IMG/VR virus record: IMGVR_UViG_3300030382_001515
Coordinates: 1 to 57,075 of that record
Direction: 5' to 3' (one strand)
DNA length: 57,075 bases
Origin: a virus
Taxonomy: Duplodnaviria; Caudoviricetes
The notes beneath the pieces are model-generated. The model did no database searches, was not told the DNA's origin, and saw only the letters and a list, made by a program, of their open reading frames with translations. The translations under genes were made by a program, and so were the position numbers. Of the stretch, positions 9,387-19,434 are shown in pieces (position 1 is the first letter of the stretch; every line of letters starts with the position of its first letter).

Positions 9387-10279
9387 TGACTACAGGCGCA
9401 TTACCATCTAATTATGGGAAGACTGAAGCAGCGGCTTTTTCTACGGCTGCGTCACATCAAGAACAGATTGGTTCTTTAAACAATGGAAAAGGCCAAGGAT
9501 GGGCTTCTCCAGGTACTCTTTCTCTTATTAACGGAGCCGTAGCTGTAGCTGGGGCTTATTACGGAGGAAAGATAACACAATATGAATCTGAGCGTAAACA
9601 CTATGTAGCTCAAGCTCAGTACTATAGAAAAATTCTTAATCAAGAGAAAGCTAATTACCGTCAATATGAAGTATCTCTAAATAACTGGTACAGAGATGCT
9701 GACTGGGTAGAACAGCGTAGAGCTTATGAAGAGAAAAGAAAGGAGCTTCAAGCTGCCTATAAAGGAGAAGCAACGATAGCTGCTACTCAGAATTTTGAAA
9801 GAAACATAGCTAATGTTGAAGGCCGCTTCTATGAAGAAGAAGCGATGGATATTATTGAGATGGATAATATCAGGACTCAGATGGTTGGTGAAGCTGTTAA
9901 AAAGGTAGCTTCAGGTCAAGTTGGTCGTACTGTCCAAGCAATGAGTCAACAGTATGAACAGCAGTATTTAGCTAATCTAAGTAATCGTCAAATTACTAGG
10001 AGATTTAGAATACAAGATAAAGAGAATCAAAAGGTAGCTATGGATGTTGCTAGAGAAAACGCTGTGAATCAAGTAAGGTTCTATGAACCACAACCTATAG
10101 CTGATCCTGTTAAACCTTTAGCACCTTTACCTGTACAAGGTGTACCACCAACAGCTCCTTCTCCTGTAAGTGGTATAGCTATTGATGTAGGTTCTAAAGT
10201 TCTTGGAGCTGCTATGGACTATATGGATATGCAGCCTAAAGATTCAGATAGACCCAATCGAGGTACCGTAGAAACCTAA
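9386..10279 (+). CDS. Internal virion protein (gp14-like position)
   Basis: 297-aa helical Q/A-rich protein after nozzle; homolog at 53066-54022. Confidence 0.65.
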   Translation: MTTGALPSNYGKTEAAAFSTAASHQEQIGSLNNGKGQGWASPGTLSLINGAVAVAGAYYGGKITQYESERKHYVAQAQYYRKILNQEKANYRQYEVSLNNWYRDADWVEQRRAYEEKRKELQAAYKGEATIAATQNFERNIANVEGRFYEEEAMDIIEMDNIRTQMVGEAVKKVASGQVGRTVQAMSQQYEQQYLANLSNRQITRRFRIQDKENQKVAMDVARENAVNQVRFYEPQPIADPVKPLAPLPVQGVPPTAPSPVSGIAIDVGSKVLGAAMDYMDMQPKDSDRPNRGTVET

Positions 10280-10281
10280 TT

Positions 10282-13200
10282 ATGGCAACTGATCGTTTTC
10301 AAATTAAACCAGCTCGTTCTAGGTTTGATAATTTAGTAGCTGGTCCAGAACCTGTTCCAGATATTAAACCACCAGCTCAACCTAACCGTGAGCAGGTTCA
10401 ACAGGGTGGACAGCTTCTTGATGCTTCTTCTTTTCAACCTGGAGATTCTAGTGCAATAAATCAGATTGAAGATTTCTTAAAAGAAGGTGGATTATTAAAT
10501 AGATCTAAAGAGTTTGGTATGCAAGCTTGGAAAGATAGAGCTAGAGAAAACGCTGATAACTACCGTAGAGCTAGAAGATGGTTTGAAGCTGCTGAAGATG
10601 CAAACCTCAAGGCTGAAAGAAGAACAGAAATAGTTGATGAACTAAGAAAGAAGGGCTATACAAAAGAAAGTATGGATGTAGCTCTTAGTGACCGTTGGAC
10701 TAAGTTTTACATAGATGATAACGATGCTTTTAACGCAGGTGTAAACGCAGCAATCAAACTAAAATCTCGTATTAATGATGATTTAAATTTTGTAGCTGGT
10801 TTACCTGATGTTGAAAGAGGTATCTATATACAAAAACAGGCTGATAATTTACTTGTTGGTACTGAGCATTTACCCCAAGCTGCTGTAAACGCCAGAATAG
10901 ATCCGCTTATAGCTCAAATAAGTGCAGAAGCTAAAGCTAACGCTCAAGAAAGAGCCTTACAGTTAGAAGCTAACAAGATAACTATAAAAACTAGAAATAG
11001 TTTTATGGGTTCTTTAATGCGTGTCTCTTCTCTTACAAAGATTAAAGGAGAAGGAGCTGAAACACCTATTACTATTGACCAAGCCTTTTTAGGTGAGCAT
11101 AAGAGTTTAACGCAGAAACACGGTAAAACCTATCATGATGCTACAGACATTATAGTTGGACTTATCAAAGAAAATATGTATGTTGATAATGATGGAGATA
11201 CTTTAAACGACTTTGGTCAAGATGGTGCTTTAAGTCTTACAACTATATATAAAGCGTTAGAAGGTAAGAAAACAGCTCCTGGTCAGCCTCTCTTTCTAGA
11301 TCTCACGACTTCTGATGGTAAAACATCTATTAGAAAAGCGTTAATGGATGCGGCTCATGATGCAACTCAAAAGAATAGCGCTAGAAGTAAACAAGCAGCG
11401 ATTGAAGCTAATGGTAAATTATTTAGTTTTAAAGCAAGACTACAAAGAAACGCTAAACAAAAATGGCTCTCTTTACCTGAAAATTATACCCTTGATGATG
11501 TTCAAAAATTAAGGACACAGCTAGAAGAAGAAATAGCTGCAATGGACGATAATACTATTCCTGATGGTTGGACAGTAAAATCACAGCGTACCTTTTTAGA
11601 TAATAATTTACCCCTCACAGGTACTACATCTCCTGATGGATCAAAAGAATTAATGAAAAGTTGGGCAGAACGTTTAGTTAAAGAGAAAAAGATATTTAAT
11701 ATTGAAGATACTCCTGAAGATTTTCAAGCAGCACTAAGGGATCCAAGTGGTCATTACTATGATTTTTATGGTGATGTAGTAGGTGTATTTGCTAAAGCAG
11801 AGACAGCACAGACTCAAGAACGTATTGCAGAACTAGATAGAATTATACCTACTTATATTACTAACGCTAAGAAACAGTTAGAAAAATCTATTTGGGAGAA
11901 AGATCCTACAATAGTAGCTTTAAGAAAAGTTAATACTCAAGAATCTAGGAACGAGATTAAAAGGTATAAAGAAGCTGTTATGGCTAATATCTCTGAAATG
12001 TTCGCAGCAGAGGCTGATACAGAATTAAGAGCACTTTTTGCTGATGTAAAAGATCTAGACGACAAGATAGCAGTTAACGGGGTTTTTCAGAATTATATGG
12101 AAAGTGTTAAAGATAACCCTATGTGGTCTGATATAGATACTTGGTTAGAAGTTAACCCAGCTAATCCAAAGTTAAGAACTGTTAGAGAGATAGGTCAACG
12201 TGGTAACGTTCAGCTTGGTTATAAACGAGTTGTAGACAGTAGAGGAGGGGTTACTTATGAGCCTACCGCTAAACACATTATAGAAATTAACGATCCTTAT
12301 AACGGTAGATCTTTTGGTACTTATCTACAAAGTAAATTTGCAGGTGATAAAGATAAATATTTAAATGAGTATCTAAATGGCACAATTGTTTTAAGCCAAG
12401 ACAGTCTTGATGGTTGGACAGCAGCTTTAAGTGGTGGAGATTTATCTCTCATTACTAAAGATATGAGAGAAGAATTAGCAAATATGAGTACGTTAGCTAC
12501 TGACGGAGCTGTAGCTCCTTGGCAAGTACTTGAGAAGACTCTTCAACTATACGAAGGTAACGGAGATAAACATAGAAGAAAATGGATGTACCCAAACTCC
12601 GCTGCTCTTCAACAAGCTATGAAACGAATGGCTGCACTTACAAACACTGTTGATGGTATAGACGCTGAGCAAGGTGCTTTAGATAGAGCTAGTATTAAAG
12701 GTTTACCTTTTACTACCGTTAAAGATGGTGAGGAAAACTTTAGTACACGTTATCGAATACAGAAAGGTTCAGATCTACAAGGAGGTAACGAGGTTAGTTC
12801 TCCTGTAAATGGTCAAATAGTTGAAGTAGGTAACAATAAAACTAATGGTAACTACGTTGTAGTACAAGCTAATAGTCAAGGTAGTTACTGGGCAAAAGGA
12901 GATTTAATTAAGATATCTAATTTAGCAAATGTAAGTTCAGTTGAAGGAGAGCAAATAACACGAAACGGAGTTGTAGGTCTTCAAGGAAACGATTCAGAAC
13001 TAGGAAGCACTGAGTTATCTACTACAGGTACAGGTATTACACCAGGAGAAATTGATATACAAGTAATGAATAAAGATGGTGAACAGTATGGAGCTAATAC
13101 ACAAAGAAACTTCTACAACGGGGCTGTTGTTAGTTTGATTCAACCTGTAAGTGAACTTGGAGTTTTAAGTACAGAACAAGTTATTCCTATGGGTAATACA

Positions 13201-13590
13201 CAGAGAGTAGCTATAGAGACGGCTTTTAGAACTATGGGCGTTAATCTAAATTTAAAAGATCTACAAATACACGGATCTCGTATTGTTAATTATATGGATG
13301 CCAACGACGGTGATTTAGGTCCTCCTGATGAGTTTACCTGGAGTGGTCCCGCTAAAGGTTCAAGATATACACAAGCTAAGAAAGAGCACGCATCATTAGT
13401 AGAACAGTGGACTAGTTTACAAGAGGTTGTTAGACCTAAACCAACCTTCAGAGGTAAGGAGTTTATTCCATCTAAAAACATATGGGAAGTCAGAACTAGG
13501 TCTAAAAAGAGAGGAAGAGTTAAAATAACTGAATATAGTAATGACGGTGGTAAAACCTGGACCACTGAGAAACCACCATCTACCAAGTAA
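10282..13590 (+). CDS. Internal virion protein (gp15-like position) with C-terminal degenerate M23 peptidase-like domain
   Basis: 1102 aa; synteny; SPVNGQIVEVG...GNYVVV...SNL...EGEQI..NGVVGLQG resembles the M23 pattern. Confidence 0.7.
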   Translation: MATDRFQIKPARSRFDNLVAGPEPVPDIKPPAQPNREQVQQGGQLLDASSFQPGDSSAINQIEDFLKEGGLLNRSKEFGMQAWKDRARENADNYRRARRWFEAAEDANLKAERRTEIVDELRKKGYTKESMDVALSDRWTKFYIDDNDAFNAGVNAAIKLKSRINDDLNFVAGLPDVERGIYIQKQADNLLVGTEHLPQAAVNARIDPLIAQISAEAKANAQERALQLEANKITIKTRNSFMGSLMRVSSLTKIKGEGAETPITIDQAFLGEHKSLTQKHGKTYHDATDIIVGLIKENMYVDNDGDTLNDFGQDGALSLTTIYKALEGKKTAPGQPLFLDLTTSDGKTSIRKALMDAAHDATQKNSARSKQAAIEANGKLFSFKARLQRNAKQKWLSLPENYTLDDVQKLRTQLEEEIAAMDDNTIPDGWTVKSQRTFLDNNLPLTGTTSPDGSKELMKSWAERLVKEKKIFNIEDTPEDFQAALRDPSGHYYDFYGDVVGVFAKAETAQTQERIAELDRIIPTYITNAKKQLEKSIWEKDPTIVALRKVNTQESRNEIKRYKEAVMANISEMFAAEADTELRALFADVKDLDDKIAVNGVFQNYMESVKDNPMWSDIDTWLEVNPANPKLRTVREIGQRGNVQLGYKRVVDSRGGVTYEPTAKHIIEINDPYNGRSFGTYLQSKFAGDKDKYLNEYLNGTIVLSQDSLDGWTAALSGGDLSLITKDMREELANMSTLATDGAVAPWQVLEKTLQLYEGNGDKHRRKWMYPNSAALQQAMKRMAALTNTVDGIDAEQGALDRASIKGLPFTTVKDGEENFSTRYRIQKGSDLQGGNEVSSPVNGQIVEVGNNKTNGNYVVVQANSQGSYWAKGDLIKISNLANVSSVEGEQITRNGVVGLQGNDSELGSTELSTTGTGITPGEIDIQVMNKDGEQYGANTQRNFYNGAVVSLIQPVSELGVLSTEQVIPMGNTQRVAIETAFRTMGVNLNLKDLQIHGSRIVNYMDANDGDLGPPDEFTWSGPAKGSRYTQAKKEHASLVEQWTSLQEVVRPKPTFRGKEFIPSKNIWEVRTRSKKRGRVKITEYSNDGGKTWTTEKPPSTK

Positions 13591-13596
13591 ATTTAA

Positions 13597-16500
13597 ATGC
13601 CATACATACCACAGAAAGACGGTAAAACCATTTGGGTTGAAGAAGAAGACGCAGCTCAACAACAGTTTCGGGATTCTTGGGGCTCTGAATTACCAGAGCA
13701 AACTTTTGGTGGAATCAGTCAAGCACCTAATGAACCTGAAAAAGACAAGGCTGGAATCTTTGAGCCTGTAAGAGTTGTAACCCACGGTCTTACAGCTATA
13801 CCTGGAGACCTTTATGGTTTAGGTCAAAAGATGGGTACTTGGTTAAAGCAAGAAGGACGCATAGGAGAAGCTATAGGAACAATGGGTATGGATGATGAAG
13901 AGAAAGAATCATATAGATCTAACGCTAGATATGAGATGGAAGCTCTTCAGAATCTAGGAGTACAAGGAGATGGGTCAGCTTTTGGACTACCAAAGTCTTT
14001 TGGATTATGGAGTACAGATAGTCAATTTAGAAAGGATTGGTTAAAACCTAGAACAGGTCTTGGAAGGCTTGGTTCTGATATCGTCTCTGTAATAGGATCT
14101 GCCAAAATTACTGCAGCAGCAAAGATACCAGGAGTAGTTGCAAAAAGTAATATAGCTTTTAAACTTGCTAACTCTATGAAGTTACCTGGAGGATCAGCAG
14201 GTATTAAAGGTGCTTTAAGAGGGGCTGTAATTTTTACAGTTAAAGATCTTATACCTAACGCTTTAGAAGATATAGCTTATTTCCAGCCAGATGCTAATCC
14301 AGAAGTATCAGGTGCTTTAAAAGAGATAGCTAATTTACCTATAGAACAGAGACACTTAGCAGTAAAAGCTTTATTAGCTGAAACAGATTCTGAGTATAAC
14401 TACTATATGGAGACCATCGAAGAAGTAGCTGGTGGTGCTGTAGCTGTTATAGGGCTTAGATCTATCTTTAAAATTGGTCGTAAAATTCTAAAATCTAAAA
14501 CAGATGAACTTGCTAAAGGTGGTAAACCAGAGGATATTAATCAAAGAATTAATCAACAATTAGAGTCAGCTCTTGATGAGGAGCTTCCTAACGTAGTTGA
14601 TGATATAGATGCTGTTAAAGCAACTGAATCTGTTCAATACGGTGATCTACAGCTAAGTAAGTTACAAAAAGATTTTAGAGATGTAACTGATAATCTCTCT
14701 AGAGATACTTCAATGGGGGCTCACGCTGTAGGTGAGAACTTCCTTAATAAATCACTAGGATCACCCGTATTAGATGATTCTTTAAGACTTCAAGAATTAG
14801 CAGATGATATAGATGGTTTTACACCTTTAACTAATATTGAAGGTGAATTAGCAAGAATTGAGAAAGCTGCTAAAACTAGTGACCCTAAAGAAATTAAATC
14901 TCAGTTAAATATATTAAGAAAAACACTAGCTGGTTATGAAAGTAAGATAGAAGCTAACCCTATTCAATACACTACTGGTCCAAGAGGTGGTAAAAAGAAA
15001 GTACCAGGAACAGGATGGGAAAGCCAAAGATCACAAAAATTAGGTGGTAAGCAAGGAGTATATAACTCAACATTAGTTAAGCAAGTTAGACAAGCAATAG
15101 AAGAGCTTGAAAAATGGGAAAATTTACAAGAAAGAAAAACAAAGTATGAAGGAGGTAGAACAACTAAACAAGCTGAAAGAGACCGTATTAGTAAAGAACT
15201 TTTAGATTACTACGGTGAAGGAGAAGAGGGTTTTAGAAAGTTTATAAACTCTATACGTCAAGGTTTTAACGAAACAGATAATATTTATAGAAACCTCTTA
15301 GAAAAGCGTGGTAATCAGAACTCTCTGTTAGAACAGATGGGTCGTAATGATGAAGTTATTGAACAACCTATAGACGAGTTCACTAGGAAGCATCAAGCTT
15401 TAAGAGAGTTACTAGAAGAAGCAGAAGGTAAGAGTAATTTTGATACTGATTTTATTGAACAGTTTGTAAAACGAGCTGATGATATCCATGAGGGTATTAT
15501 TAAAGCTGGTGGTGTAGCCCCAACAAAAGGCGAAGCTGTAGAAACTCTTAGACAGTTAGATCTACCTACAGATACAGATCTAGAAAAACTTGGTAAGGAT
15601 TTAGATCCTAAAGTTGTAGCGGCTAATCAAGCTCAAATGGAGGAAGGAAACTCCTTATTAGCTGAACTGTATTTAGAAGGCTCAGAAGAATCTAAACAAC
15701 TTTTAGCTGAAAAGGGTGCTGAAGAATTTAAGGTGCCTGTAGAAAAGTTCCGTGAAATTATAGATGATACAGAAACTCTTGATGAGTTCTTTGAAATCTT
15801 TGGTATAAAATCACCAGAAGTAGGTGGTGGTAAGGCTGATCCAGGCGATATTATACCTCCAAGAACTACTGAAATTGTTAATCAAACACCTCTAAAAACT
15901 ACTCCAAATGGAGGAGTACAGGTCAATACTGATCAAGTTAACTTAAGAAGAGCCTCAAAAGCTGTTCCTGCAGAGGAGATGAACATACCTATTGTTGAAT
16001 CTGTAGCACGTTTAAATGAAGAAAACTTTATATACCAACCAGTTAAAACTGAAAAAAGCATAAGAGCTTTAGCTAAACGATATGCTGATGCTGCTCAAGA
16101 GATGCAAAGGTACGCAGAAGAGGGTAAAAATATCAAGGAATTTACTCCTTGGTTCAGGTCTAACGTTCTTACTTATGTACCTGATGCTGACATAGCTGCT
16201 GTAGTTGAAGAAACAGTAAAAATTCTAGGTAAAAGAGGGTTCAAAATAGAGCGTCACTCTTTAATGGCTTCGACTCAGATGCTGATTGACGCTGCTAATA
16301 ACCCAGAATATGTCAATGATTTAATTGGTGAAGCTGCTGAATATGCAAAAGGAGTTAAAGCTGGACTACCTTTTATTACAGTTGCAACCTCAATGCTTAG
16401 AAATAACGCTTTACAAGCTTTAAAGGCTTCTAAAGAGTTACAAGATATCAGGAGAACAGGAGCTCTAAAAGGCGGTTATTCAGATAGACAAGCTTTAGTC

Positions 16501-19431
16501 AACTTTAAAAACTCTTTTACAAGAGTAATGAATAACGTTCACGCTGTTAGCGATTTATTTGAAGGGTTTGGTAACGGTTTACGCTTAATGAGAAAGCAAA
16601 ACCGTCTTCAGTTTGAGGAAGGTAGACCTGGAGTTGTTATTGAATCTTTTGGGCGTATAGCTGAAAGATGGGGTGATGCTGCTGACTTTGGTGAAGAGTT
16701 AGCTAAAGCTACTCAAAAGGGTAAAGAAACTGTTACAGAAAGGTTTAACGAATTTATATCTAAAGTAGATAGCGATGATCCTTTAACAGAAGCAGATTGG
16801 GAAGGTATTGATAACTTGGTTGGTAGAGTCTTTGATTCTCAAGGTGATCTAACAAAGCTAAAAGAGTTAGAAGTTACTGGACCATCATTACTAAGAAGAG
16901 TTCAAAGCGCGGCTCTAATATCTAGTCCTATGACTTTTTCCTCTATTCCGCCACAGGCAGCAATGGAGGGTATGCTCAGACACGCTGGTATCACAGGTTC
17001 ATCTTACGCTAACGCTGCTGTAGAAAGGTTTATAAAAAGAAACACAGGAGATGAATATGTAGAAGCTCTTCGATTAGCAAGACAGAATCATAGAATGTGG
17101 TTGGAATATAAATATGGATTGCAAGAAGCTTGGGAAGATACTAAAGCTAGATGGTTCTACGGAAGATCTATATCAGATCCTGGTGTTTTTAACAGAGCTG
17201 CTGAGATATCTAAAGCTGGTGTTCTTAGAGAAAGTAAAATATCAGATGAACTAAAAGCTACTCAAATTAAGATACCTTTTACAGATTTAATTCTAAAGAA
17301 AGAAGATTTTGAGAAAGAAGCAATTTTCAACGCTTTAAATGAAATTCGTGTAGGTCTTAAGGTTTTCCATGACTACGCCATAGCTGGAGAGGCTTGGGAG
17401 AAAAGAAGCTGGCAAGCTAAATGGCTTTTAGCTCCTGCAGTTACTGGAGCTAGAAAGATCCCAGGGCTTAAAAATTTAGGTACTAAGAGTTATTACCCTA
17501 ACGGAGAAATGGTCAACATGACTGCTCCGTTCCAGTTTGCAGCTCTTGGGGATGAGTTTATGACTTCTTTTATCTCTAACGCTGCTGTTAAAGCAAATAT
17601 AGAAGTAAAAGTAGATGAAATGATTGCTTCTGGAGCTTTAAACGTAGCAGACAGAGCAGAAGAAGTTAAGAAACTTCTAGATAAAGGTAATAGAGATTTC
17701 TATGAACCAGTAAGAGCTGGTATGGATGATGAGATTATTGGTCACACTGTTATCAATAAGCAACTAGAAAACGTTATGCAGTTTACTAGGGAAGTCAATC
17801 GTACTGAGGAACTGACTGGACCTTTTGCTGCTGCAGGAAAATGGATTAACTGGGGTAGATACCACGAAGGTGAAGGTTATAGCCCTTATCTAAATATGTT
17901 TGCTAACACAATGGCAGGCGTTGTTACTTCTCCTCTTAACTCAATTAAATGGGGTTTACGTTGGGGTCTTGGTACTGATATACCACAATCACTTCATGAT
18001 GCAACTCGTATAGGGATAAGAAGTCTTGGTGAACATTTACCAGATGAACTACAAAAGCGTGTTACTCAAAATAACTTATGGAAGAGACACTTAACTGAGT
18101 TTGAAAGTAAGTATTTCAGTAAAGACTTAAATACAAGAGTTAAGGCTCAAGGAGCTCTTGCCACTGCTGTAGGTATGCACACTATGGCTTGGATGCAAAT
18201 GATGGACCCAGAACTTGAAGTTACTGGTGGTCTTGAAAACACTTATAGATCAGAGCAAGGTCAAGTAGGTTTATATACGATGAAAATTTCTACGCCTTGG
18301 GGAGGCTTTAGGTTCCCATATAGGTGGATACCTATTTATGGAAACGTCATGGCTATTCAAGCCACTATGAGGGATATAGAGGAGTTTGGTGTTAAAAGAT
18401 CTGAAGGTTTCGATCTTATGGGAGCTGTAGCTTCAGTCACAGCTAACTACATCATGGAGACTCCAGGTTTAGCTAGCTTTGATCGCTTCTTTAAAGCTAT
18501 CGATCAAGCAGCTAAAGGAGACCCAAGTACTTTTAGTAATTTCTTTGGTCAAGCTATAGCAGGAGCTGGTGAACCTTATTATCAATTTAGGAAGTTTGTG
18601 GCAGAAGGTTTTGATCCTAGAAAGCCTGCCAATTTAGGTGCTAAGTATTCTTCACAACAATTCTGGTTAGATAACCCAGAAGCACCAGATAATCCAATCT
18701 TTGCAACGCTTAGAGCAGGTAAAGATTCAATTGGAAGTACACTAGCTTATAACTTTGAATACTCTAGTTTCGGTTTTCTTGCTGATGAAGTAGTCAACGT
18801 ATTAAACGGCCATCCAGAAGGTAGAAGCCGTAGAGCTCTTTGGTGGGGTAAACCAGGTGAAACAGTTAATGTCCGTGGGGGTGGTAAATATAACGCCCTT
18901 AGAGCTGTAATGGGACGCTATATGCCGTTTCCTGATGACTTAGATGTAGTAGGTAGAGAAATGGTTACTAACTTAATTCAACCTCCTAGAGCAGATCTTT
19001 ATAGCGGTAAGGAGTATAATATACGTGGCGTTAATAAAACTGTTCTTAATGATTTTAATCACTTCTTAAATCAAGAGTTTAGATACTATGATTCAACTAC
19101 AGGAATCTTACACGTAGGAATACATTCAGCTCTTAAAGATTTAATAGAAAGTGGCTATTATAAGAACTTACCAGGAGTAGATAGCCCTTATGCTTCTTCT
19201 GGGTATAGCATATTACCAGGGATAAAAGCACCGCTATCTCCTACACCACCTAATTGGGAAACTAAAAACAACGAAAAAAGAACTATTTTGGCTAATTATG
19301 TTCAATCTTTGTTCAATAAAGCTAAAGAAGATTTTATGATGGGAGAATACGAGAACCAGCAGTATAGAGCTCCTGAGGCTTTAAAAGAAGCTGTTCTAAA
19401 ACATAGAAGAAGTCTTCTTGGAGGTCTTTAA
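13597..19431 (+). CDS. Large internal virion protein (gp16-like position)
   Basis: 1944-aa helical protein directly before the tail fibre; call rests on synteny and size. Confidence 0.7.
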   Translation: MPYIPQKDGKTIWVEEEDAAQQQFRDSWGSELPEQTFGGISQAPNEPEKDKAGIFEPVRVVTHGLTAIPGDLYGLGQKMGTWLKQEGRIGEAIGTMGMDDEEKESYRSNARYEMEALQNLGVQGDGSAFGLPKSFGLWSTDSQFRKDWLKPRTGLGRLGSDIVSVIGSAKITAAAKIPGVVAKSNIAFKLANSMKLPGGSAGIKGALRGAVIFTVKDLIPNALEDIAYFQPDANPEVSGALKEIANLPIEQRHLAVKALLAETDSEYNYYMETIEEVAGGAVAVIGLRSIFKIGRKILKSKTDELAKGGKPEDINQRINQQLESALDEELPNVVDDIDAVKATESVQYGDLQLSKLQKDFRDVTDNLSRDTSMGAHAVGENFLNKSLGSPVLDDSLRLQELADDIDGFTPLTNIEGELARIEKAAKTSDPKEIKSQLNILRKTLAGYESKIEANPIQYTTGPRGGKKKVPGTGWESQRSQKLGGKQGVYNSTLVKQVRQAIEELEKWENLQERKTKYEGGRTTKQAERDRISKELLDYYGEGEEGFRKFINSIRQGFNETDNIYRNLLEKRGNQNSLLEQMGRNDEVIEQPIDEFTRKHQALRELLEEAEGKSNFDTDFIEQFVKRADDIHEGIIKAGGVAPTKGEAVETLRQLDLPTDTDLEKLGKDLDPKVVAANQAQMEEGNSLLAELYLEGSEESKQLLAEKGAEEFKVPVEKFREIIDDTETLDEFFEIFGIKSPEVGGGKADPGDIIPPRTTEIVNQTPLKTTPNGGVQVNTDQVNLRRASKAVPAEEMNIPIVESVARLNEENFIYQPVKTEKSIRALAKRYADAAQEMQRYAEEGKNIKEFTPWFRSNVLTYVPDADIAAVVEETVKILGKRGFKIERHSLMASTQMLIDAANNPEYVNDLIGEAAEYAKGVKAGLPFITVATSMLRNNALQALKASKELQDIRRTGALKGGYSDRQALVNFKNSFTRVMNNVHAVSDLFEGFGNGLRLMRKQNRLQFEEGRPGVVIESFGRIAERWGDAADFGEELAKATQKGKETVTERFNEFISKVDSDDPLTEADWEGIDNLVGRVFDSQGDLTKLKELEVTGPSLLRRVQSAALISSPMTFSSIPPQAAMEGMLRHAGITGSSYANAAVERFIKRNTGDEYVEALRLARQNHRMWLEYKYGLQEAWEDTKARWFYGRSISDPGVFNRAAEISKAGVLRESKISDELKATQIKIPFTDLILKKEDFEKEAIFNALNEIRVGLKVFHDYAIAGEAWEKRSWQAKWLLAPAVTGARKIPGLKNLGTKSYYPNGEMVNMTAPFQFAALGDEFMTSFISNAAVKANIEVKVDEMIASGALNVADRAEEVKKLLDKGNRDFYEPVRAGMDDEIIGHTVINKQLENVMQFTREVNRTEELTGPFAAAGKWINWGRYHEGEGYSPYLNMFANTMAGVVTSPLNSIKWGLRWGLGTDIPQSLHDATRIGIRSLGEHLPDELQKRVTQNNLWKRHLTEFESKYFSKDLNTRVKAQGALATAVGMHTMAWMQMMDPELEVTGGLENTYRSEQGQVGLYTMKISTPWGGFRFPYRWIPIYGNVMAIQATMRDIEEFGVKRSEGFDLMGAVASVTANYIMETPGLASFDRFFKAIDQAAKGDPSTFSNFFGQAIAGAGEPYYQFRKFVAEGFDPRKPANLGAKYSSQQFWLDNPEAPDNPIFATLRAGKDSIGSTLAYNFEYSSFGFLADEVVNVLNGHPEGRSRRALWWGKPGETVNVRGGGKYNALRAVMGRYMPFPDDLDVVGREMVTNLIQPPRADLYSGKEYNIRGVNKTVLNDFNHFLNQEFRYYDSTTGILHVGIHSALKDLIESGYYKNLPGVDSPYASSGYSILPGIKAPLSPTPPNWETKNNEKRTILANYVQSLFNKAKEDFMMGEYENQQYRAPEALKEAVLKHRRSLLGGL

Positions 19432-19434
19432 TTA

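Larger units (their letters stand above)
1..13400 (+). repeat. Copy A of the duplicated structural module (homologous to 43659-57075, initial offset 43658)
   Basis: Same gene order and homologous proteins; nt 1-98 identical to 43659-43756; right boundary approximate. Confidence 0.95.
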
